In this document: in pieces, positions 25,146-32,325 of the stretch
How the letters are laid out: each line of letters opens with the position of its first letter
How positions within the stretch are numbered: position 1 is the stretch's first letter
Assembly: GCA_044225505.1 (NCBI GenBank)
Contig: JBGAIN010000092.1
Span: 1-32,325, forward strand
DNA length: 32,325 bases
Source: Limisphaerales bacterium
GTDB lineage: Bacteria > Verrucomicrobiota > Verrucomicrobiia > Limisphaerales > SIBE01
Direction of reading: 5' to 3'
The notes under the pieces: generated by a model
Seen by the model: only the letters and a program-made list of their open reading frames with translations
The model's database searches: none
What the model was told of the DNA's origin: nothing
Program-made: the position numbers and the translations under genes

Positions 25146-25494
25146 GTCGAGCAGGTTCTCACTTGGATCTAGGCAAGATTGGACCAAGCATTCCCAATAG
25201 CTCCCTGGAAGTCGGCGGGTGTCGGACGGAGATCGTCTGACCAATCATACCTACGGAGTCATCGTCACCGCGGTCGTGTTCCCTTGCAGCTGGTTTGGCT
25301 GCCGACACTGGACCAAAACCGGTGTCCGACACAGTTTGCTGATGTTGCGTGCTCCGTCGGCGGGCGACAAGCGGGGCGTTTTTCGTAAGGGTCACTGGAC
25401 GGGATCGCGAGAGCGTTGAAAGGCTTAACCAATACGACCGTGGTGAGGAGGTCTTCGTGCGGAGTGCGCTGACGGTCTGAAACTGGCGCAGGCG

Positions 25495-26061
25495 CTATTG
25501 CGGAACTCCGCCAAAGACCTCAGCGCCTCCGTATTCGGGGGAATATTTGGAGTACGCCGGCGGGGTTCGGAGATACCAGACGAACAGAGTCAGAACGATG
25601 CCCGCGGCGACCGTCAACCCCATGCGTCGTATTCCCAAGACCATCAGAATCTCAACCCACCAGCACTTGTTGCCTTTCCGAAGTTCTGGTTCAGATCGAG
25701 CAGACAAAGCTTGTTCGGCTGAATTCCAGACAGACGACCAATCGACACCTTCGCTCGGCCGCACAACTATTTCGACATAGTAGGACTGGCATCCTCGGCG
25801 GGCGCAATAGCCCAAAGAGAGGCGGTTGACTTTACCGCTTTCGAAGTCACTGGATGGATCCGTCAACGCCGCCAGGGCCAACTCCTTGCCAGAGATGGGA
25901 ATGCCGCATTCCCAGCAGTCCAGTTGAATGTCTGTCTCGAGCCGTTCCTGAATCTGCGCCGTCGGCAACCCTGCCTGGATCAAAGCTATCCCCAGCTGCC
26001 GATATAAGGCCGGTAATTGTTCGATTCGGATTCGGTACTCCAAATGTGTCGCGATGGCCAT
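25495..26061 (-). CDS. Hypothetical protein with two Cys pairs and a C-terminal TM helix
   Basis: CWECG and CARRGC motifs, hydrophobic LTVAAGIVLTLFVWYL; starts 13 bp after the prepilin-type gene. Confidence 0.65.
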   Translation of the reverse strand: MAIATHLEYRIRIEQLPALYRQLGIALIQAGLPTAQIQERLETDIQLDCWECGIPISGKELALAALTDPSSDFESGKVNRLSLGYCARRGCQSYYVEIVVRPSEGVDWSSVWNSAEQALSARSEPELRKGNKCWWVEILMVLGIRRMGLTVAAGIVLTLFVWYLRTPPAYSKYSPEYGGAEVFGGVPQ

Positions 26062-26074
26062 TGGAATGAGGAAG

Positions 26075-26908
26075 TCAGTCCCGTCGCTTGGGCTTGTACC
26101 ACATCCAGTCTTTGGTTTCCTCGTAAGGAAATCCGGGATCCTCTTGCAGCGATCGCGAGAAATTGTTCATCTGCGCGTGGCCGTCCACGTAAAGCGTCGG
26201 AGAGTAGAAGAATGACGGCGCTTTCTTAACGTCACCAATGTCCGAGACCTTTCCCCTCCGGTGCCATTGGTACCATTCCAGGATTTCCTTATATCCGTAG
26301 GGCCGCGCTGGTGGTTCGTATAACAGGATGAACTTGGTCGGGTTTGGCACCCAACCGTCGGAGTTGTTTTCCAGACCTCCATCTGCGTCGAGTTTGAAGC
26401 GACCCGGTGGTTTTGGAAGGACAGTTCCCTGGATACAGTTGTATTGATAACTGCAGCCAACCGTTTCCCAGAGCGATGGTTTGAGCGACGCTCGGGTTGA
26501 TCCCCAAGGTAGAAGCCGCTGCCCGGCATCGCGTGGGCAATGGAACAGCTCCGACGGCTTTAGATATGGGTAAAGCGCCCGGTGGGACGCTGATGGAAAG
26601 AGATTGGCGAATACCGCTTTCGGGTCGCGGCCGCCGAGAGCGTAGGGGGCAAACTCCGATTCGTCTGGAAGCGGGTATGGTTTCCAACGGTCCCCGTCCA
26701 ACTTCATACCGCTTGGGAAACGCATGTTGCGATCGTCCTGCCGGTAGAGCTCGATGGAGAAACCGATCTGCCGGAAGTTGTTGATGCATAAAGTGCCCTT
26801 GGTTCGTTCCTTGGCGCTGGCTAATCCGGGAAGGAGTAGGCCAGCTAGAATCCCGGTAACCCCAATCACTACCAATAGTTCAATAAGTGTAAAACCTTGT
26901 GTTTTCAT
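26075..26908 (-). CDS. Prepilin-type N-terminal cleavage/methylation protein (PVC DUF1559-like)
   Basis: MKTQG|FTLIELLVVIG...LLPGLASAKE...CINNFRQIG, FHCPRD, SYQYN, YVDGH. Confidence 0.88.
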   Translation of the reverse strand: MKTQGFTLIELLVVIGVTGILAGLLLPGLASAKERTKGTLCINNFRQIGFSIELYRQDDRNMRFPSGMKLDGDRWKPYPLPDESEFAPYALGGRDPKAVFANLFPSASHRALYPYLKPSELFHCPRDAGQRLLPWGSTRASLKPSLWETVGCSYQYNCIQGTVLPKPPGRFKLDADGGLENNSDGWVPNPTKFILLYEPPARPYGYKEILEWYQWHRRGKVSDIGDVKKAPSFFYSPTLYVDGHAQMNNFSRSLQEDPGFPYEETKDWMWYKPKRRD

Positions 26909-27203
26909 AAGCTCGAAAGTCGTGGATCCGAGCATTACTCCGTTGAAAGACCTAGAGTGTCTCGCCTTCTGAACCTTTGACAGGCGGAGACTCGTTCCGT
27001 TCCACGCAGTCTCGACCGGACAGGCCGTGGCAGCGTGAGTGTCGAGGGGGTGTGGTGGTCCCAGAGGAACACCGGGCTTCAAGGTTGCCTCCCGCCGAGT
27101 CCAAGGCTTGGTTTGTTTGATCAAGATTACGTTTGGCCTAAACTCTCCGCCTGCCATTGCACTTGTTGACTGGGCCTTCCGTCAGTACCCTGGCTCTATC
27201 ACA

Positions 27204-29751
27204 TTGAAACCGGACCCGACATTCCCATCCGCAGCACCGCCCAGCGGGGCCAAGATCAGTCCGCGTCGACTTTGGCTGTTTCGCTTGCTTGCGCTCACTC
27301 TTGGGCCGGTGCTCCTCCTGCTTTTGCTAGAGGGCGGATTGCGCTTGGCGGGCTATGGCTACGCAACAGGTTTTTTCCAAACGGTTCAGGTGGCCGGAAA
27401 GGAGCGCGTCATTGAGAACGAGCAGTTTAGCAGGCGGTTTTTTCCGAAGCGCCTAGCGCGACGCCCTTTGCCGATCAGTTTTCCGGCAACCAAGGAGCCG
27501 GGGGTGTACCGGGTGTTCGTCATGGGCGAATCCGCCGCCATGGGGGATCCCGAGCCGTCCTTTGCGTTTAGTCGAGTCCTGGAAGTGCTGTTGCGCGAAC
27601 GCTTCCCGCAGACCCGGTTTGAGATCATCAACGTTGCCTTCACCGCGATCAACTCGCACGTCATTTTGCCGTTGGCTCGAGAGTGCGCTCAGCACCACGG
27701 AGATTTGTGGGTTGTCTATATGGGGCACAATGAAGTTCCGGGGCCATTGGGACCCGGAACGATCTTTGGCGGTCAAGGTTCGAAGCTTTGGCTAAAGCGG
27801 GCGTCCCTTGTTCTGCGGACCACTCGCGTGGGCCAACTTCTGGATGCGTTGAGAACACGCCTGACAGCGTCGGGCGCCGCGCCCCAGACATGGCGTGGGT
27901 TGGAGATGTTTCTGGAACGTCAATTCCGCCAGGACGATCCACAAATGGCCGAGGTCTACGAGGAGTTTAGCCAGAACCTCAACGATATGGTTCGCGCCGC
28001 CCACCGAGCGGGAACGGAGGTGATCCTCTGCACAACCGCCAGCAACCTAAAGGACAGCGCTCCCTTTGGTTCGCTGCACCCGTCCGGGTGGACCTCGGAC
28101 CAGCAAGTGGCCTGGCAGAAGTCTTACGAACCAGCAATGGCGGCTGCGGCTGGCGGCCGGTTCCAGGAGGCTGTTCCACTCCTTCGATCCTGCCTGGCGC
28201 AGGATCCGCGCTTTGCCGAAGCCCATTTCTTGCTTGGCCACGTTTCCATGGGACTGGATCAGCGCCAGGAAGCGCTGCCAAGCTTTGAGGCGGCCCGTGA
28301 TTTGGACACACTCCGTTTTCGAGCGGATTCTAAACTCAACGGGATTGTCGAGCAAACCTCCCAAGCCTGGCGTGACCGCGGAGTCTATTTGTGCGACACG
28401 GTTAAAGAACTAAGCTCGGGTCTTCCCTACGGGATTCCAGGCGAAGAGATCTTCTTTGATCACGTCCATTTCAAGTTCGACGGGAATTATCTTGTGGCTC
28501 GATCCATTGCTGACCAGGTGCTGCTTCGGCTTCCCGCATCGCTCCGAAAGGGCGATACCGGGGTTTGGGCCAGCGCTGAAACGTGCGCGAACCACCTCGG
28601 TTTGAGTGATTGGTTTGAATACCAGATGTACGAGAGCTTGCAGCGGCGATTATTAGAGGCGCCATTTACAAATCAGTTGTTCCAGCAAGCCCGCCAGGAC
28701 CGATACCGTCAGCGGCTCACGGAGCTCCGTCCCGCGTTGCGTCCGGATGGGATGGAAAGCGCTGCCCAAATCTGCCGCGATGCCGTGGCTTTTTCCCCTG
28801 GCGATCCGCGCTTGCATGAGAATCTCGGTCGTGTGCTGGCGGCTAAAGGGGATCGTTCCGGGGCGCTGAACGAGTTTAAGCAGGTGGTTGCTGCTTGGCC
28901 TCACCATGCGGCCGCCTACAACAACATGGGGCTGTTGTTGCAGCAGTTGGGCCGGGACCAAGAAGCGGAGGAAGCCTTTCAACAGGCGCTGGCGCGGCGT
29001 CCGCAATTTGCGGACGCCCACCATGGTTTGGGGTTGATCGAAGCAAACCGAGGCCATTGGGATTTAGCGATCGCACTATCAACAAGCGCTGGCAGAAGAA
29101 TCCGGAATTGTCGATGCCATGCTGCATCTGAGCCAAGCGTTGTTCCATCAAGGTAAACCGTCGGATGCCCAGACGTTGTTGTTGGAGGCGGTGCGCCTTC
29201 GTCCCCGCTATGACCCAGCTCGGCTCGCCTTGGCGGACCTATTCTTGCGGCAAGGGCGAACCTTTGATGCCCTCCCCTTTTTGGCCGAGGCAGCGAAAGT
29301 CCAGCCGGAGGTCACATTGGCTTCCGCGCGGGGTGGGGTCCAGGCCAGGCCGGGTGATGCGATCGAACACTTTAAGCTGGCCAACGCGTTGGCTTCGTTG
29401 AACCAGTCGACCCATGCGCTTCTCAGTTTGCAGACGGCGATTGATCTAAACACCAACTTTTGGGAGGCCCGCTACCTCTTGGGAATTGAATTGGCAGCCC
29501 AAAACCGACTGGCAGAAGCCCAACAACAATTCGCCGTGGTCGTTCGGCAGCGCCCGGACTATGCTCGCGCCCACCTCAACTTCGGCGTGGCTCTGGCGAA
29601 GCAACGCCGATTCACGGAGGCTGCCCAGGAATTTCAGGAAGTGCTCCGCTTGGAATCGACGAATCAGACTGCCCGCCAGTATCTCCAAACACTGGCGAAT
29701 CTCACAAATTCGCCGCCGTCCGCGATGGAAACGGGTCCTCGGGCTCAATGA
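27204..29751 (+). CDS. Membrane-anchored SGNH-like plus TPR protein, split by indels near 29075-29110
   Basis: TM then LEGGLRLAGYG; SGNH blocks VMGES, YMGHNE, DHVH. TPR text (HYQQALA..NPE) continues across frames from ORF 27039-29156 into 29119-29751. Start inferred. Confidence 0.78.
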
Positions 29752-29881
29752 AGGGCGTGGAGGGAGGTCGGGAGTAACCTTGACTGGAGCTCGAACCGGG
29801 GTAGTGTCCTGCTCATAAACTGCTCTTCCTAGCGGCGAGAACAACTTTTGTTGCAGGGGGACTTAACGAAAATAATTAATA

Positions 29882-30595
29882 ATGAAACTGTATGTAGCAC
29901 TTGCTGCGATGGCGGTGAGTGCGGCGGCAATGCGGGCCACGGCGGCGGACCCAACCCCTGTTTTGAAGGATCAAAAAGACCGGATTAGCTACAGTATTGG
30001 CGTGCAGATCGGGTCCAACGTCAAACCGCAGATTCAGCAACAAGGATTTGAAGTAAATCCCGACATGCTTGCGGCTGGGCTCAAAGACGCATTCGCTGGC
30101 AAGACGCTTCTGACAGAACAGGAAGTGCGCGACACGTTGATGGCGATACAGCGGGACGCCATGGGGAAACAAGCCGAGTTAGGAGAAAAGAATAAGAAAG
30201 AGGGAGAAGTTTTTCTCGCTGAAAACAAGAAGAAGACCGGCGTGAAGACGCTCCCGAGTGGTGTACAATATCAAGTCCTCAAGGAAGGTAAGGGTCAGAA
30301 ACCCCAGGCCACAGACAGCGTTAAAGCCAACTACAAGGGCACCTTGATCAACGGTACCGAATTTGACAGTTCCGAAAAACATGGCGGCCCTGCCACATTC
30401 AACTTAAACGGCGTCATCCCAGGCTGGACCGAGGCACTTCAGTTAATGCCAGTGGGATCCAAATGGAGGCTCTTTATCCCTGGTGACCGGGCTTACGGCG
30501 AACAAGGAGCCGGTAGCATCATCGGGCCCAATTCGACGCTAATCTTCGATGTCGAGTTGCTCGGAATCGAGGCCGACAGCAAAGGCTCGAAGTAG
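29882..30595 (+). CDS. FKBP-type peptidyl-prolyl isomerase (FkpA/Mip-like), exported
   Basis: Signal peptide, SYSIG, FLAEN, YKGTLINGTEFDSS, VIPGWTEAL, AYG, LIFDVELL. Confidence 0.96.
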   Translation: MKLYVALAAMAVSAAAMRATAADPTPVLKDQKDRISYSIGVQIGSNVKPQIQQQGFEVNPDMLAAGLKDAFAGKTLLTEQEVRDTLMAIQRDAMGKQAELGEKNKKEGEVFLAENKKKTGVKTLPSGVQYQVLKEGKGQKPQATDSVKANYKGTLINGTEFDSSEKHGGPATFNLNGVIPGWTEALQLMPVGSKWRLFIPGDRAYGEQGAGSIIGPNSTLIFDVELLGIEADSKGSK

Positions 30596-30667
30596 ATCCG
30601 CTGTCCTGCGGTTTCACCAATTGGCAAGACGGCCTTCCAGGCAGTTCAAGTCTGGATCGTATCAAGA

Positions 30668-30695
30668 TTGACACTTGGAAGGTCGCTGGTATCCT
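30668..30695 (+). promoter_or_regulatory. Putative sigma70 promoter of the rpmH operon
   Basis: TTGACA-N16-TATCCT with TG at the extended -10 position. Confidence 0.6.
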
Positions 30696-30790
30696 CCCGC
30701 CTCCCGTGGAGAACGGGTAGCACCGCCGTCGAGAGGTAGCTTCGTCAACTGGACGGAGTGCACTGACCGATGGAATAGAACGAGTTACGC

Positions 30791-30928
30791 ATGAAACGTC
30801 AATATCAACCGTCCAAGATTCGGCGCAAGCGCCAGCACGGTTTTCTGAATCGCAACGATAGTAAGAGCGGGACGCTACGCTCCACCGCCGCTGCGCGCGT
30901 GGGACGAAAACGCCTGACACCAGTTTGA
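30791..30928 (+). CDS. rpmH: 50S ribosomal protein L34
   Basis: Hand translation MKRQYQPSKIRRKRQHGFLNRNDSKSGTLRSTAAARVGRKRLTPV; the middle segment looks locally frameshifted. Confidence 0.93.
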   Translation: MKRQYQPSKIRRKRQHGFLNRNDSKSGTLRSTAAARVGRKRLTPV

Positions 30929-30943
30929 TCTAGCCGGGTGCCC

Positions 30944-31318
30944 ATGAGCAATGGCGCGTCAAGCCGGTTACGATTTAGCCGAAGCATGCGCCTGCATCAT
31001 AAAGGCGAGTTTTCCCGAATTCGGGAACAGGGGCGGCGTCTGAGCAAAGGCTGTTTGATCGCAAATTGGATGACTTTTCAGCGGTGAATCTGTTTCGCGA
31101 CTGGGCGTGGTCACCTTGAAGAAGCTTGGCAAGGCCAACGTGCGGTCGCGAGCTCGTCGTCTTTTGCGTATTTTCGCCCATCGTCAAAATGCACCGCGTG
31201 AACTCGCAGCCCCCGTCCTTCATCGCCCGAAACTCGATTGTCGGCCGCGGACTCGCGGAAGTGGAGAGAGATTATTTGGCTTATAAATCAGGCCGCTTCC
31301 TCAAACTCCATCGAGTGA
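30944..31318 (+). CDS. rnpA: Ribonuclease P protein component, frameshifted in this sequence
   Basis: Pieces in different frames: RFSRSMRL..GEFSRIREQGRR; SRLGVVTLKKLGKANVRSRARRLLR; IARNSIVGRGLAEVERDY. Follows rpmH. End approximate. Confidence 0.85.
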
Positions 31319-31585
31319 ACCTGGAAATGCAACCATTCTTGCCGTAAAGGTTTCACCCGCGAAAACAGTGCTTTTTGGCACACTTGGACAATGCCGGTTT
31401 CATCCGAGTTGTTCAGCTCACGCGCTCGTTCGATCTTCGGCGAGTTACCCGCGCTCAAGCGCCTCGGGCGATGCCATCCGTGGGGAGACTGCGGCAATGA
31501 CCCAGTGCCGTCACACACTCATCGTTGTTGGGCTCAGTCGGATCCGCCTCCCATTTCAGGGACGGCGGCGCAACCGAATCGCTAG
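31315..31585 (+). CDS. yidD: Membrane protein insertion efficiency factor YidD, frameshifted in this sequence
   Basis: CRFHPSCS and [16 protein letters not shown] in different frames; lies between rnpA and yidC. Start approximate. Confidence 0.85.
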
Positions 31586-31591
31586 TCTGTC

Positions 31592-32325
31592 ATGGACCGT
31601 AAATCGCTGATTATTCTTTTTGCGTCGTTTGGTTTGTTGATGTTGTGGTATCCACTCACCAACAAATTGTTCCCGCCCACGGTGCTGCCGCAGAACACCA
31701 ATGTCGTCACGACAAACATCGATTTGGGGGTGGCCTCTTCCCCGGCGACGAATCCGGTCGAAGCTAGCGTTCCTGCAGATCTCGCAGGGGTTTCGGAAAG
31801 AGTCCCTCTCGCGACTTCGGCGGTGGAGCAGACCGTAACGATTGAAAACCAGGATGCGCGCTATACCTTCACGTCGCATGGCGGCGGCTTGAAGTTCGTC
31901 GAATTAAAGGAGTATCGGGCCAATGTCGACTGCCGGAAAAGCGCGCGTGAGCAATCGACGCAACTCGCAACCTTAAACGCCACGGCTCCGACGCCAATCC
32001 TGGCGATTTTGGGAGGTCCAGCCCTGCAGGGTGACGGCGTTTTCACGCTCACCAAGACCCCGACCGGCGTGCGCGCCGAGAAAATCCTCACCAACGGCTT
32101 GCACGTTGTGAAGGATTTTTCGCCCAGCACGAATTACTTGCTGCGGGCCGCGGTGCGGTTTGAAAATCGGTCTGGACAACCTTTGGCGGTCCCGGCTCAG
32201 GAGTGGGTCGTGGGAACGTCCACACCCATGGGTTTGCGAGACGAGAGTCTGATGTTGGGGCTTGAGTGGTATAACGGTTCGGATGCTCAACGAGTTGACG
32301 ATACATGGTTTGCGAATCGGACGCT
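31592..32325 (+). CDS. yidC: Membrane protein insertase YidC, N-terminal part (runs off window)
   Basis: MDRKSLIILFASFGLLMLWYP anchor, EQTVTIEN..RYTFTSHGGGLKFVELKEY; canonical rpmH-rnpA-yidD-yidC synteny. Confidence 0.88.
   Translation, partial: MDRKSLIILFASFGLLMLWYPLTNKLFPPTVLPQNTNVVTTNIDLGVASSPATNPVEASVPADLAGVSERVPLATSAVEQTVTIENQDARYTFTSHGGGLKFVELKEYRANVDCRKSAREQSTQLATLNATAPTPILAILGGPALQGDGVFTLTKTPTGVRAEKILTNGLHVVKDFSPSTNYLLRAAVRFENRSGQPLAVPAQEWVVGTSTPMGLRDESLMLGLEWYNGSDAQRVDDTWFANRT

Noticed and set aside
26909..27200. Riboswitch upstream of the prepilin-type gene
   Set aside because: Several small hairpins but no recognisable aptamer consensus; an Rfam scan would be needed.
29060..29156. 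Programmed frameshift or two separate TPR genes
   Set aside because: At least two nearby indels are needed, there is no slippery site, and similar errors occur in housekeeping genes.
30596..30790. oriC/dnaA next to rpmH
   Set aside because: The upstream gene is a co-oriented FKBP; no dnaA or DnaA-box cluster seen.

Overview
GC-rich bacterial chromosomal window. Gene content suggests Verrucomicrobiota (Pedosphaera/Limisphaera-like); this is an inference from the L34 sequence, GYF_2 cluster, prepilin-type and HzsA-like proteins. In order: a truncated exported Tyr/Gly/Arg low-complexity protein; an atypical CinA-like protein; an intergenic 11-bp repeat array; corA; a PAS histidine kinase and sigma54 response regulator; a GT-C-like membrane glycosyltransferase; a polysaccharide export module (beta-barrel, Wzc, short Wza/OPX, FHA-TM protein); a HEAT protein; a PolB-like exonuclease; a 25-aa histone-H1-like micro-ORF absent from the ORF track; mutS; a pterin dehydratase; a GYF_2/DUF4190/DUF2752 membrane cluster; an NTF2-like protein; a tri-heme HzsA-like protein; TPR, cupin, Cys-motif and prepilin-type proteins; an SGNH-TPR protein; an FKBP PPIase; and rpmH-rnpA-yidD-yidC. 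Clustered indels near 18.6-18.9, 29.1 and 30.9-31.5 kb hit housekeeping genes and are probably sequencing errors. No CRISPR, rRNA, tRNA or transposase was recognised. All family calls are by motif recognition, not database search.
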